From: Mobula hypostoma | Taxonomy: Eukaryota | Length of the DNA: 64,000 bases | Direction of reading: 5' to 3' | Assembly: GCF_963921235.1 (NCBI RefSeq) | Contig: NC_086097.1 | Span: 172,052,001 to 172,116,000 of the forward strand | Shown: positions 48,087-62,102 of the stretch, piece by piece | Layout of the letters: each line of letters starts with the position of its first letter | How positions within the stretch are numbered: position 1 is the stretch's first letter | Notes under the pieces: generated by a model | What the model saw: only the letters and a program-made list of their open reading frames with translations | Told to the model about the DNA's origin: nothing | The model's database searches: none | Made by a program: the position numbers and the translations under genes

Positions 48087-49055
48087 AGAACATAGAACAT
48101 AGAAATCTACAGCACCTTACAGGCCCTTCAGCTCACAATGTTGTGCCGACCATGTAACCTACTGTAGAAGCTGCCTAACACATAGACTTCTATTTTTCTA
48201 AGCTCCATGGAGCTATCTAAGAGTCTCTTAAAAGACCCTATTGTATCCGCATGCACCACCATCACCAGCAGTGCATTCCATGCACCCACCACTCTTTGTG
48301 TGAAAAACTTACCTCTGACATCCCCCCTCTACCTACTTCCAAGCACCTTAAAACTATGCCATTTCAGCCCTGGGAAAAAGCCTCCGGCTATCCACACAAT
48401 CAATGCCTCTCATCATCTTATACACCTCTATCAGGGAACATCTCATCCTCTATCACTCTAAGGAGAAAAGGCCAAGTTCACTCAACCTATGCTCATAAGG
48501 CATATTCTTCAACCAAGGCAACATCTTTGTAAATCTCCTATGCACTCCCTCAATAATATCCACATCCTTCCTGCAGTGAGGTGACCAGAACTGAACACTG
48601 TACTCCAAGTGGGGTCTGACCAAGGTCTTATATAGCTGTAACATTACTTCACGACCCTTGAACTCAATCCCATGGTTGATGAATGCCAACACACCGTATG
48701 CCTTCTTAACAACACTGTCAACCTGCGCAGCGTCCTATGGACTTGGACCCCAAGATCTCTCTGATTCTCCACACTGCCAAGAGACTTGCCATTAACACTA
48801 GATTCTGTCTTCAAATTTGACCTACCGAAATGAACCACTTTATACTTAACCGGGTTGAACTCCATCTGCCACTTCTCAGCCCAGTTCTGCATCCTATCAA
48901 TATCCCACTGTAACCTCTGACAGCCCTCCATACTATCCTCAACACCCCCAACCTTTGTGTAATCATCAAACCTACTAACCTACCCTTCTGCTTCCTCATC
49001 CAGGTCATTTATAAAAATCACAAAGAGGAGGGACCCCAGAACAACTCCCTATGGA
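48087..49055 (-). mobile_element. CR1 LINE, 5'-truncated
   Basis: LYKTLVRPHLEYSVQFWSP, WAEKWQMEFN; 'catagaacatagaa' tail. Confidence 0.88.
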
Positions 49056-50738
49056 ACATTTTTGGATCACTGTCCTGCACTGCCCTTGTAACACCATTAT
49101 CTGCATTCCATTATTGCCTTTCCCCTTGTACTACCTTGTTGTATTAACATTTTGAAATTATCTGCATGGATGGCATGTAAAACAAAGTATTGCACTGTAT
49201 CTCAGCACACATGAGAATATAAATCAAATACTAATTACCATTCTCAAAATAATTGGTTGGCATTTCAGAACAGAGATAAGAAGACATTTCTTCAATTTTG
49301 AGGTAGTGTATTTTTGGAATTATCCACACAGCATTGGAAGTAGATTTTTGAATATCAGTGAAATCGATGAACACAGGGTTAGTGCAGGAAAAAGACAATG
49401 AAATATTTAAAAAATCCATAATCTTATTGAGTAGTAGAGCAGGAACAGGGACAAATGGGCTCTTACTGCTTCAGTTTATTGTCTTTAGTACAGGCTTCCA
49501 ACACCCTGAAAGGGCCCTCCTCAAAATTTGACATTCCTGCAGCCAGCATCGTAACCTTTCCCTAATTTGTGTCTGTTTTCTGTTCCTTCTACTTCAGCAG
49601 CAGTCTATATTGAACCAGCAGCAACAGATGTCTGCTCAGCAACGTGTAGCCTGTGTTTTCCATTAACTAAAAAGGTCGCAAATTTAAATGGAAACCGAAA
49701 CAATTCTGTTTCTCTAACGGATAAGTAAAATAAAAAGAATTCCCAGGTGGCAGTTTAAGTTCACTGGACTCTGTGCTGGTTTTGGATAAGCACATCATTT
49801 TGTTTACAGGCAACAATGGAATTCCCTAGAACACATGTCTCTTGTAGTACAACGAATGTGGTAAGCAAAAAAAATCAGGAGTGTGATAACAATGAAGTAT
49901 TTTGTTTTGTAGATGCATATTGGTCCAAAGAGAATTCACCTAAATTATTCATTTTATCATATTGACATTGCTCACACAGCCACCTCGCCTTGAGAAGGTG
50001 TTGATGAGCATTTTGAATGTGATCCTCATATACTCGAATTTCAAAGTTCACAGTAAATTTATTATCGAAGTACATATACCATATACAACCTTGGGTCTAT
50101 ATTTCTTGGAGGCATCCACAAGAAAATTTTTAAAAATGCAATAGAATCCATGAAAAATCATACATGACAAAGGCAGAATCCCTGAAAGTGAGCCTACAGG
50201 CTATGTAGTCAGTTCAGCACTATAAAACTATAAAACCATAAGATATAGAAGCAGAAGTAGGCCATTCAGCCCATCAAATCTGCTCCACCAATCAATCATG
50301 GGCTGATCCAATTCTTCCAGTGATATCAACTCCCCTGCCTTCACACCATACCCTTTGATGCCCTGGCTAATCAAGAACCCATCTCTGCCTTAAGTGCGCC
50401 CAATGAATTGGCCTCCACAGCTGCTCATGGCAACAAATTCTACAGATTTACCACCCTCTGACTAAAGAAATTTCTCCGCATCTCTGTTCTAAATGGATGT
50501 CCTTCAATCCTGAAGTTGTGCCCTCTTGTCCTAGACTCCTCACCATGGGAAATAACTTTACTATATCTTATCTGTTCAGGCCTTTTAACATTTGGAATGT
50601 TTCTATGATATCCCCCATCATTTTCCTGAACTCCAGGAAATACAGCCCAAGAGCTGCCAGATGTTCCACATATGGTAACCCTTTCATTCCTGGAATCATT
50701 CTCGTGAATCTTCTCTCAACCCTCTCCAATGTTAGTAA

Positions 50739-51700
50739 ACAACAGGAATTCTGCAGATGCTGGAAATTCAAGCAACACACATCAAAGTTGCTGGTGAACG
50801 CAGCAGACCAAGCAGCATCTATAGGAAGAGGCGCAGTCAACGTTTCAGGCCGAGACCCTTCGTCAGGACTAACTGAAGGAAGAGTGAGTAAGGGATTTCA
50901 AAGCTGGAGGGGGAGGGGGAGATGCAAAATGATAGGAGAAGACAGGAGGGGCAGGGATAGAGCCGAGAGCTGGACAGGTGATAGGCAAAAGGGGATACGA
51001 GAGGATCATGGGACAGGAGGTCCGGGAAGAAAGACGGGGGGGGGGGTGACCCAGAGGATGGGCAAGAGGTATATTCAGAGGGACAGAGGGAGAAAAAGGA
51101 GAGTGAGAGAAAGAATGTGTGCATAAAAAAGAGTAACAGATGGGGTACGAGGGGGAGGTGGGGCCTAGCGGAAGTTAGAGAAGTCAATGTTCATGCCATC
51201 AGGTTGGAGGCTACCCAGATGGAATATAAGGTGTTGTTCCTCCAACCTGAGTGTGGCTTCATCTTTACAGTAGAGGAGGCCATGGATAGACATGTCAGAA
51301 TGGGAATGGGATGTGGAATTAAAATGTGTGGCCACTGGGAGATCCTGCTTTCTCTGGCGGACAGAGCGTAGATGTTCAGCAAAGCGGTCTCCCAGTCTGC
51401 GTCGGGTCTCACCAATATATAAAAGGCCACATCGGGAGCACCGGACGCAGTATATCACCCCAGCCGACTCACAGGTGAAGTGATGCCTCACCTGGAAGGA
51501 CTGTTTGGGGCCCTGAATGGTGGTAAGGGAGGAAGTGTAAGGGCATGTGTAGCACTTGTTCCGCTTACACGGATAAGTGCCAGGAGGGAGATCAGTGGGG
51601 AGGGATGGGGGGGACGAATGGACAAGGGAGTTGTGTAGGGAGCGATCCCTGCGGAATGCAGAGAGAGGCGGGGAGGGAAAGATGTGCTTAGTGGTGGGAT
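50739..51700 (-). mobile_element. Penelope-like element, 5'-truncated (GIY-YIG 51165-51491), near-identical to 17638-18600
   Basis: GIY-YIG ORF differs from 18062-18388 at 2 of 108 residues; same 3' terminus ACAACAGGAATTCTGCAG. Confidence 0.92.
50834..50871 (-). ncRNA. Minimal hammerhead motif in the Penelope pLTR
   Basis: UAGUC-CUGACGA-AGGGUCUCGGCCU-GAAA-CG-UU-GACUG. Confidence 0.75.
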
Positions 51701-51873
51701 ATTCCTTTCTAAAATAAGGAGCCTAAAACTGCACTCCAAGTGTGGTCTCATGAGTGCCTTATAGATCCTCAACATCACATCCCTGCTCTTATATTATATA
51801 CCTGTAGAAATGAATGCCATCATTGTATTTGTCTTCTTCATCACTGACTCAACCTGGAGATTAATCTTTAGGG

Positions 51874-52039
51874 CAGGGGTGGCCAACCTTTTACATTCCA
51901 TGCGTCAATTTTTTCACACATGAGTTCTATATTAACATATTTTTACAAGAATATAATGGGGGTACAAGAGTTGTATGGTGCTTCTGAACTCGTGAGTGAA
52001 AAAATTGACGCATGGAATATAAAAGGTTGGCCACCCCTG
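51874..52039. mobile_element. hAT (Charlie-like) MITE
   Basis: About 54-bp TIRs starting CAGGGGTGGCCAACCTTTT; 8-bp TSD CTTTAGGG (51866-51873, 52040-52047). Confidence 0.9.
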
Positions 52040-52623
52040 CTTTAGGGTATCTTGCACAAGGACTCCCAAGTCCCTTTGCATCTCTGCATTTTGAATTCTG
52101 ACCCCCTCTGAATAACAGTCTGCACGTTTATTTCTTCCACTGAAGTGCATGACTTTCCAGCATTGTATTTCATTTGCCACTTCTTTGCCCATTCCCCTAA
52201 ACTACCTAAGTCTCTCAGCAAGCTCTCTGTTTCCTCAACACTACCCGCTCCTTCACCTACCTTTGTACCATCGACAAATTTAGCAACAAATCCATTCATC
52301 CTATAGTCCAAATCGTTGACATATATCATAAAAAGCAGTGGGCCCAACACCGACCCCTGTGGAACTCCAGTGGTAACTGGCAACCAGCCAGAATAGGATC
52401 CCTTTATTCCCACTCTCTGTTTTCTGCCGATCAGCCAATGCTCCACCCATGCTAGTAGCTCCCCTGTAATTCCATGGGCCCCTATCTTGCTAAGCAGCCT
52501 CATGTGTGGCACCACATCTACTGCATCTCCTTTGTCTACCCGGCTTGTAATTTCCTCAAAAAATTTCAGTAGGTTAGTCAGGCAGGATTTTCCTTTCAGG
52601 AAACCATGCTGGCTTTGGCCTAT

Positions 52624-53772
52624 CAGAATCAGGATCAGTTTTATTATCACTGACATGTGACGTGAAATTTGTTAACTTAGCAACAGCAGTTCAATGCAAT
52701 ACATAATCTAGCAGAGAACAAAAATGATAATAATAATGATAAATAAACATGTAAATCAATTATGGTATACATATATTGAATAGATTAAAAAGCATGCAAA
52801 AACAGAAATACTGTGTATGAAAAAAAAGTGAGGTAGTGTGCAAAGGTTCAACGTCCATTTAGGAATCAGGTGACAGAAGGGAAGAAGCTGTTCCTGAATC
52901 GCTGAGTGTGTGCCTTCAGCCTTCTGTACCTTCTACCTAATGGTAACAATGAGAAATGGGCATGCCCTGGGTGCTAGAGGTTCTTGATAATGGACGCTGC
53001 CTTTCTGAGACACAGTTCCTTGAAGATGTCCTGGGTACTTTGTAGGCGAGTGCCCACGATGGAGCTGACAAGATTTACAACCTTCTGCAGCTTCTATCGG
53101 TCCTGTGTAGTAGCCCCTCCATACCACAGTGATACAGCCTGTCAGAATGCTCTGAATGGTACATCTATAGAAGTTTTTGAGTGTATTTGTTGACATGTCA
53201 AATCTCTTCAAACTCCAAATAAAGTATAGCCGCTGTCTTGCCTTCTTTATAATGACATTGATATGTTAGGACTAGGTTAGATCCTCAGAGATCTTGACAC
53301 CCGGGAAATTGAAGCCGCTCACTCTCTCCACTGCTGTTCCCTCTATGAGAATTCTATGTGTTCCTTCATCTTACCCTTCCTGAAGTCCACAATCAGCTCT
53401 TTTGTCTTTCCGACATTGAGTGCCAAGTTGTTGCTGTGGCACCATTCCACTAGTTGGCATATCTCACTCCTGTGCCCCCTCTCATCACCACCTGAGATTC
53501 TACCAAAAATGATTGTATTGTCAGCAAATTTATAGATGGTATTTGAGCTATGCCTAGCGACACAGTCATGTGGATATAGAGAGTAGAGCAGTGGGCTAAA
53601 CACACGCACCTGAGGTGCGCCAGTGTTGATTGTCAGTATGGAGGATATACTATCACCAATCCGCACAGATTGGTGGTCTTCCGGATAGGAAGTCAAGGAT
53701 CCAATTGCAGAGGGAGGTACAGAGGCCCAGCTTCTGCAACTTCTCAATCAGGATTGTGGGATTAATGGTATT
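52624..53772 (-). mobile_element. Rex1/Babar-like LINE, 5'-truncated
   Basis: INTGAPQVRVFSPLLYSLY, KFADN, KTKELIVDFRK. Confidence 0.85.
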
Positions 53773-54779
53773 ATCTTGCCATGTGCCTCCAGGTATTCCG
53801 TAATCTCATTCCTAACAATCGATTCCAACAACTTCCCAACCACTGATGTCAGGCTAACAGGTCAATAGTTTCCTTTCTGCTGCCTCCCACGCTTCTTGAA
53901 TAGTGGAGTGATAATTTTCTAGTCATCAGGTACAATGCCAGTATCTATTGATTCTTGAAAGATCATTGTTAATGCCTCCGCAATCTGTCCAGCTACTTCC
54001 TTCAGAACCCAAGGGTGCATTCCCTCAGGTCCAGGAGACTTATCCACCCTCAGACCATTAAGCTTCCTCAGCACCTTCTCTGTCGTAATTTTTACTGCAC
54101 ATACTTCACTTCCCTGGCACTCCTGAATGTCTGGCATAATGCAGATGTCTTCCACTGTGAAGACTGATGTAAAATATGCATTCAGTTCCGCTGCCATCTC
54201 TGCGTCCATTTTGCTCACCTTTGACCCAAAGCCTTCTAAACATTTCCTATCCATGTATCAGTCCAAATATCTTTTAAATGTTGCTATTGTACCTGCCTCA
54301 ACACTTCCTCTGGCAGCTCATCCCATATACATACCATGTACCATCCTCTGTGTGAACATTTTGCCCCTCAGGCTCCTGTAAATCTCTCCACTCTGACCTA
54401 AACCTGTGTTCTCTAGTTCTTGATTACCCAATACTGTGTAGAGGACTGTATGCATTCACCCTCTCTATGCCCCTCATGATTTCATATACTTGGAAAAGGC
54501 TAACACTCAGTTTCCTAAATTTCAAGGATTAATCTGGTGAAGGTACTCCCACTGAGCTGCTAAAGAGGGAATTCCGAGATTTAGACCCAGAGGGGATTAA
54601 AACTGGTAATGTAAGTCCAATGCAGAATGGTATGTGACCCAGAAAGGAACTGCTGATAGCAGAGTTCCTTTGTGCTTTCTGTCCTTGTACTTCTTGGTGA
54701 TATTGACAGAGTAGCTTGAACATAAACTTGGGATTTTGGCTCTTAGTAACTCCCTAAAGTGGCTAGACAAGTACAAACG

Positions 54780-56140
54780 TTTGTAGATAAGTTAGGCTTG
54801 TTGCATGCTTGCCTTCAAGCTTGCGTCAAGTAGAAGAGTGGCAAACTCATACAAAGAAGTGCTTAGCCTGCACTTGCAGCATTGTGTGCAGTTCTGGTCA
54901 CCCCCTTACAGAAAGGATGTAAACACTTTGGAAGAAGTGAAGATGAAGAAGAGGTTCACCAGGATGCTGCCTGGATTAGAAGGTATGGAGAGGGTGGACA
55001 AACCTGGTTTGTTTTCTCTGGAGTGTGTGAGGCTGAGGGGCAAGTTGAGATACGTTTATGAAGTTATGCAAGACATAGATAAGGTTGACTGTCAGAATTT
55101 TTTTCCCAGGATAGAAATGTCAAGTACTAGAGGACATCCATTTAGCATGGGACAGGAAAGTTTAAGAGATATGTAGGGCAAGTGGTAGGTGCCTGGAACA
55201 GGTAGTTGGGTTGGTTATGGAAGCAGATGCAATTGTGGTGTTTAAGAAACTGTTAGACTCATGAACATACAGAAAATGGAGGATATGTATCGTGTGCAGG
55301 CAAGTGGATTTGACTTAGTATAGTACTGTGTTCAGCACAGGTATCGTGGGCAGAAGGGCCTGTTCTCTGCTCTACTGGTCTAAGAGTCTAATCTGCAGCA
55401 CAGGTAGATAAAGTGGTTAGGGAGACAAACGGGATACGTCCCTGCACAAGAACATCAGAATATAAGAGAAGAGGAATGGGAGAAAGCCACTCAGCCCCTC
55501 AGCCCTGATCTAACAGTCAAATGATCACGACTAATTTGTCCTCAAACAATCACAGAATACATATTTAACAAATATTTGTATTTTTAAAATTTTATTTAGA
55601 GATACAGCGTGGAAAGGTGCTTCCAGCTAACCCTGGCCTAATCACAGGACACTCCCCTCCCCCATCCCCACCACACGAACCTTGCTTACTCAGATATCTC
55701 CGGGCTGATTTTTTCCTGAGTACAAGAGTTGGGAACTCATATTACAGTTATACACCATTGGTTAGACTGCACGTGGAGTATTATGCATAGTTCTGGTCAT
55801 CACACGGTGATTAAGCTAGTAAGGGAGTGGAAAGGATTCAGAAGGATGCTGCCTCAAATGGGAGGCTTGAGTTATAAGGATAGGCTGGGACTGTTTTTCC
55901 TAAAATGAAAGAGGCTGAAGGATGATGTTAGAGAGGCTTATAAAATCATGAGGGACATAGACAGGATAGTCACAAACTTTCCCAGGCCAATAGAGTCTAA
56001 AACTAGAGGGTGTATATTTAAAGTGAGAGGGGAAGATTTATAAGGGGCAATCTTTTCACATGGGCAATGGTGGGTATGTGGAATGAGATGCCAGAGGAAG
56101 TTTTAGAAGCAGGTAAAACTAGAACATTTAAAAGACTGGC
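54780..56140 (+). mobile_element. Two degenerate CR1 3' fragments (~54780-55385, ~55720-56140)
   Basis: CVQFWSPPYRKD, FTRMLPGL, STRGH. Confidence 0.7.
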
Positions 56141-57949
56141 TGACCCACTGAATTCCTTCAGTGTTTTGTGTGTTGCTCCAGATTTCCAGCATCCGCAGTC
56201 TCTCTTCTATCTCTAAAATATTCCTCCTTAAGTTGGTACTGACTCATTCTAAAAGACAATCCAACAGTTAACTAAATTGTTGTGAATCTGGGTAAATCCT
56301 TTTCAAAACAACAGCAGTAAACCAAATGGCAATGTGGTTGTGGACACAGCTCAACACATCACGGAAACCAGCCTCCCCTCGATGGACTCAGTCTATACCT
56401 CTCACTGCCTCAGTAAAGCAGCCTGTATAATCAAAAACCTTCCTGGCATTCTCGTTTTTCTCCTCTCCCATCAGGCATAAAATATAATCGCCTGAAAGCG
56501 CATACCTCAAGATTCAAGTAGGGTGGGGGGATGGGGTGCGGCAAGCAGGAGGTGGTGAGTGGTTGGGAGTCAGCAGGAATTAGGGCTCCCATTGACCGCA
56601 GGGACAATGTAAAGTATTTACAGGCAACAAAATACTTTGATGTGCAGTCAGCATAGTAATGGAGAAAAAAGAAACAGTCCATGTTTACAGAAGGCCTAAA
56701 GGGATTTGGGCCAAATGTTGGCAAATGAGACTGGCTCAGATAAACTTTAATAGGGCATATTTTCATGCTATGTAACCCTCTGCCTCTATGTTTCCAAAAG
56801 CAGCAACGATAATTTGGTAATTTGTTACTGGATTTCCTTTATTCAGATGTGTGAGAGATTGGCAGTGTTGACATTTATTGTCCAACCCTAATTAGTCCTA
56901 GAGTGGGGAGGCAGTCATGTTATGGTCCAGATTCATACACAGGCAGATGATGAATGAAGTTTCCTGAAGAATATTCCAGTTCCTGTCTAAAATGTTGGAA
57001 GTCCATTTCCCTCCACAGATGTTGTCTGAACCACTGAGTTCCTCCAGTAGTTTGTTCTTTTGTTCCAGATATTTGCAACAGCCTGGCGACTTTGTGGACT
57101 CGACTAGAGCAAAGGACATAGAATAGTAGCATAGAATAGGTGCAGCCACAATGTTGTGTCAGACTAATTAAACAAGCAATTAAAGGCCAACTAAATGAAT
57201 CCCTTCAGCCTACACCATGTCCATATCCATTCTCTACACATTAAACACCTCTATTACTTCTGCCTCCACCACCACATTCCAGGCACCACCACTCGCTGTG
57301 TAAGTAACTTACCTCTTCTGGACTTACTCCTCTCACCTTAAATACCTGCCCACTAGTATAAGACATTTCTACCCTGGGAGAAATGTACCAGCTATCCAGT
57401 CTCATAATCTTATAAATTTTCATCAGCTCTCCCCTCAGCCTCCAGCACACCTAGAATTTCCAAACATTTCTGATATCACACGACCTCTATTTCAGGCAGC
57501 ATTCTGGTAACTAGAATCCTACTGTGAGCATTAGTTTCCTATTCCAGGTTTTAATAAACAAAATGCATAAATTCTTCAGTATGTCATGCTGGGATTCAGA
57601 TACACATCACTGGATCAATGCTTCATTTTACTACACCCACAAGGAAGAATTGATGTTGCAAGGATATCAGAGAACATATGTTTGCTCTTCATTAAATGAT
57701 TGCCTTTGGAGGTTAGCAGTAACAAAGTTCAGATAAGTTCTTAGTCTACTGAAACCAACTGTCTCCTCAGCAATGTATTGGATTAAGCTCATATTTCCAG
57801 AGCAGGACCCGAATCTGTTTCAGAGCAAAGTTTGCTATCTTCTAACACACAGGAACCACTTCAAAGTTCAAAAGTTCAAAGCACATTTATTTTCTAAGTA
57901 TGTGTACATTATACAACCTTGAGATATATATTTCCTTACAGGCAGCGAT

Positions 57950-60425
57950 AAAGAGCTTTGACCAGTAACCAATTGGCATTTGGGATTGATTAGCAAGAGG
58001 AAATTAAAGGAAAGCAGGGGCAAGAGCAACAGCCATTGTCATAGCGGCCATCATCTGAGTGGACAGAGTCAGAGTAGTGATCTTAAGGCTTTAGCTCTTC
58101 AAAGCTTCAGTCAGAGAAAGCAAAAGAAAGAAAAGCTCCAGGTTAAGTTGTTTTTTTCCCTTCCCTTATTGATTGCTGCTCAGGTAGGACAGTAGAGATG
58201 CCAGGCAGGATAGTTGAAAGCTCCTCATGTGGGATGTGGGATGTGGGAAGGCAGGGAGACCTCCAGTGTCCCTGACAACTACAACTGCCGGAAATGCATC
58301 CAGCTGCAGCTTCTAACAAACCGCGTTAAGGAGTTGGCACTGGGACTGGATGAATTCTGGATCATTCAGGAGCCTGAAGGGGTGAAAGACAGGACATATA
58401 GAGAGGTAGTTACACCCAAGGTGCAGGACACAGGAGTCTGGGTGACAGTCAGGAAGGGGAAAGGTGTTAAGGGGCCAGTGCAAAGTACTCTTGTGGCAAT
58501 CAGGTATATAAATTTGGATACAGGGTGTGGGCAGGGGGCGGGTTGACCTAACAGAGGAAAGTCACAGGGGTCAGGTCTTTGGCATTGAGTCTGGCTCTGC
58601 GAGACAGAAGGGAAAGGGGGTGAAGAGGCCTGCTGTGGTAATAAGGGGTTTGTTAATTAGGGGAATGGACAGGAGGTTCAATGGGCAAGAACGAGATTTG
58701 CAGATGGTATGTTGCCTTGTAGGTGCCAGTGTCTGGGATATCTCAGAAGGAGTCCTCAGCATTCTTAAGTGGGAGGGTGAACAGCCAGAAGTCGTGGTAC
58801 CAGTAACACGGGTAGAAGAGGGATAAGGTTCTGCATCGGGAGTTCAGGGAGTTAGGTACTCAGTTAAAGGGAAGGACCTCCAGCGTTGGGATCTCAGGAT
58901 TGCTACCCATGCCACATACTGATACGGCAAGGATTAGTAAAAATATACAGATTAATACATGGCTAAGGAGTTGGTATAGGAGGAAGGGCATAAGATTTTT
59001 TGGTTCATTGGACTCTCATCCAAGGAAGGTGGAACCTGTACAGAAGGGACAGTTTGCACCTGAACTGGAGGGAAACTAATATCTGAGCAAGAGGGTTTAT
59101 TAATGTTGCACTGTGGGGTTGAAATGAGAGTTGCAAGGGGATGGAAACCAGAGTGCCAGCCAGTTGGTGGAGAGATTATGGAGGCAGATGTTGGTAAGAC
59201 CTCAGACAAAGTTAAAGAATCAAAAGTTTGAGCACGGTGCAACTAGTGTCCTGAGTTGCCTATATTTCAATGTAAGAAGTATCATAGGAAAGGCAGATCA
59301 TGGTGCTGGAGATGCGAAAGCTGGTTTACAAGCAGGGGCAATGTGTAGTGAGGAGAGGCTCTTGATGGGGCAAAATTGCAGTCGACAGGATGAGTTGCAA
59401 TGTAACAGGTGGACAAAATCGAAATGGGTGACTGCAGGACTGAAAGTGTTATATTTGAATGCGCGCAGTATACAGAATAAAGTAGAAGAATTTGTAGCAC
59501 GGTTGCAGATTGGCAGGTATGATGTTGCAGGCATCACTGAATCACGGCTAAAAGAAGATTATACCTGGAAGTTTAATGTCCAAAGATACACATTGTAGGG
59601 AAAGGACAGGCAGGAAGACAGAGATTTTGCTCTGTTGGTAAAAAAAAGAAATCAAATCATTAGAAAGAGGTGACATACGGTTGAAAGGTGTTAAATCATT
59701 GTGGACAGAGCTAAGGAACTGCAAAGGTAAAAAGGCTCTGATGGGAGTTGAATATAGATCCCACAAATAATAGTAAGGATGTGGTCTTCAAATTACAATG
59801 GGAGATAGAAAATATATGCCTTAAGGGCAATGTTACAATATTCATGTCAGATTTCAATATGCAGATAGATTGGGAAAATCAGCTTGGTGCTGGATTACAG
59901 GAGGTGGAATTTCTAGAGTGCCTTTGAGATGGCTTTTTAGAGCTGCACGTGGTTGAGCCCACTAAGGGAACAGCTATTTTGGACTGGGTGTTGCGCAATG
60001 AACCAGAATTGATTAGAGAGTTCAAGGTGAAAGAATCCTTCAGGGAAAGTAATCATAATAAGATCAAATTCACCCTGAAATTTGAAAACGTGAAGTTAAT
60101 GTCAGAGGTATCGGTATTACGGTGTAGTAAAGGGAATTAAAGATGCATGAGAGAGGAGTTGGCCAGAATTGATTAGAAAAGAAGGGATGATGGCAGAGCA
60201 GCAATGACTGGAATTTCTGGAAGGCCCAGGATATATACATCCCAAAAAAGGAACAGGTATTCTAAAAGCAAGATGACACAACTGTGGCTAACAAGAGAAG
60301 TCAAAGCCACCATAAAAGCCAAAGAGAGGGCATATAATAGAGAAAAATTAGTGGGAAGTTAGAGGATTGGGAAGCTTTTAAAAACCAAGAGAACATAACT
60401 AAAATGTCATTAAGAAGGTAAAGAT
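57950..60425 (+). mobile_element. CR1 5' part: ORF1 (Zn finger plus SGNH esterase-like, ~58198-59125) and ORF2 endonuclease, interrupted by L1
   Basis: CGMWE...CRKC; AVVI...IRG..RRF...MVCCL.GA.V.DISE; LYLNARSIQNK...GITES. Confidence 0.8.
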
Positions 60426-60575
60426 GGGCTTCCGGGGTCGAGTATGGAGTGAGTAGGTGCGTGTGAGTGTGGCTCCCGATTTTTATTGAAAATCTACCTG
60501 TTTATCTTTGCCGTATGCTCGAGATAACTGGATACTTACCATTGTGAACAACGCGGGACATAGCTGGACATTGAA

Positions 60576-61480
60576 ATGGCAAGTAGAATGTACCTTCGAA
60601 GTAAAACTGGGGAAAAAGATAGCGAAGCCTCGAGCAAGAAGGCGGATGTTACAGTAATGGCGCCGTCGCACGCTGCTGGAGCTGGACCCGGACCTGCGCT
60701 ACCCGATGACTTGGAGAGGCTTCGTTTAGTACTTATTACTGACATGACGCAAGCGGTGCATTTTGCCCTAAAAAGAGAACTTGAAGATGCTTTATCACCA
60801 GTGACTGCTACCATGGAACAAATTATGTCTGCTTACGAGACACACGACAAACGCATTCGTGGGGTTGAAGACGGCCTAAATGATTACAGTGACCGACTGG
60901 TGAGTGCCGAAGCCGCCATTGCAGCGTTGCAGAGCGAAAACGCATTTCTGAAGGGAAAGCTAGATGACCTCGAAAATCGGTCGCGGAGATCCAATTTGAG
61001 AGTGGTCGGCATTCCTGAAAATTTGGAAGGTTCGGACCCTGTTAAATTTATGACCGAGTTTTTTGACGAAGTGCTGGGGACAGATTTTTTCCCAAGTCCT
61101 CTCGTACTTTCGCGTGCTCACCGAGTCGGACGTAAACCATCCGGTGTCTCTGGAGCCAAGCAAACGAGACCAAGAATGTTCCTGGTTTGCTTTCACTCCT
61201 TTCAAGATAAGCAACGCATCATCAACAGACGGAAGCAGGAGCTGTATTTCCGCGGACACCGCGTGTTTTTTTTGTGAAGATTTTAGTGCGGAGCTGGGTA
61301 AAAAACGAGCAGCTTTCAAGGAGGTGAAATCCCTGCTTTACGGGAAAGTGGTCAGGTTTGGCCTCTTGTATCCTGCCCAGCTCTGGGTCATGCATGAAGG
61401 TAAAAAGCATTATTTCAATACACCAGAGGCGGCCAAAGAGTTTTACCATTCGCGCTGGGGAGAAGAAGAACGAGAAGAGC
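60576..61480 (+). pseudogene. L1 ORF1p (coiled coil, RRM, CTD), +1 frameshift in the T8 run 61266-61273
   Basis: LDDLENRSRRSNLRVVGIPE, RAHRVG, EDFSAELGKKRAAF, LLYPAQL; 3' end approximate. Confidence 0.85.
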
Positions 61481-62102
61481 AATTACTTTTTTTTTACGGT
61501 TATTCATGCAGCATGGAAGGGGTTTCATGCCGAAGCAAACGGTTAATTTTCACAATCCACTTCTTTGTTCATTTTTTCCAGTTTAATTTGTGGAACGCGA
61601 TCGGGTCGAACTGCTATGCTGCCGAAACTGATTAACAAAAACTTTCAACCAGCAAAATTTAAATATTTGGGATTTATATCTCGGGTGTTTAAGTTGCCCA
61701 GTGTGTTTTTTTTGTTTTTAATGCTTAGCTTGACCTGTGTCATCGTTAGCCTATATGTTATATTAAAGGTAGTATAAGTGATAGGATAAATTTTAAGGAG
61801 GGGAGCCACCCTAGATTAGATTGAAAGTTGGGTTGTATGGGGAACGCCTTGGAAGTTTTTTGTTGGGTACTGCCTGCGATCATCCTCAATTTGGGAGGTA
61901 GATCTAGGTTTCGGGGGTTAATTGGGTTTTTTTGTTTGTGTAAAGGGGTGGGGGGAGTGTTTTGGGGGATTACCATGGCAGTTTATTCTTTTGTGTGTTA
62001 CGGATTGATCAGACTTTCTTTTTATTGTGCGTTATTGTGTGCAACTTATTTCCTCACACTGTTTTGGATTGTAGGCCCTGTGTGTCTTTTGATATGGTTA
62101 AC

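Larger units (their letters stand above)
50222..54205 (-). mobile_element. CR1 LINE interrupted by Penelope, hAT MITE and Rex1 insertions
   Basis: [36 protein letters not shown]. Confidence 0.88.

Noticed and set aside
1304..54205. Uni-strand piRNA cluster suggested by many minus-strand elements
   Set aside because: Large plus-strand LINEs are interspersed; this cannot be supported without small-RNA data.
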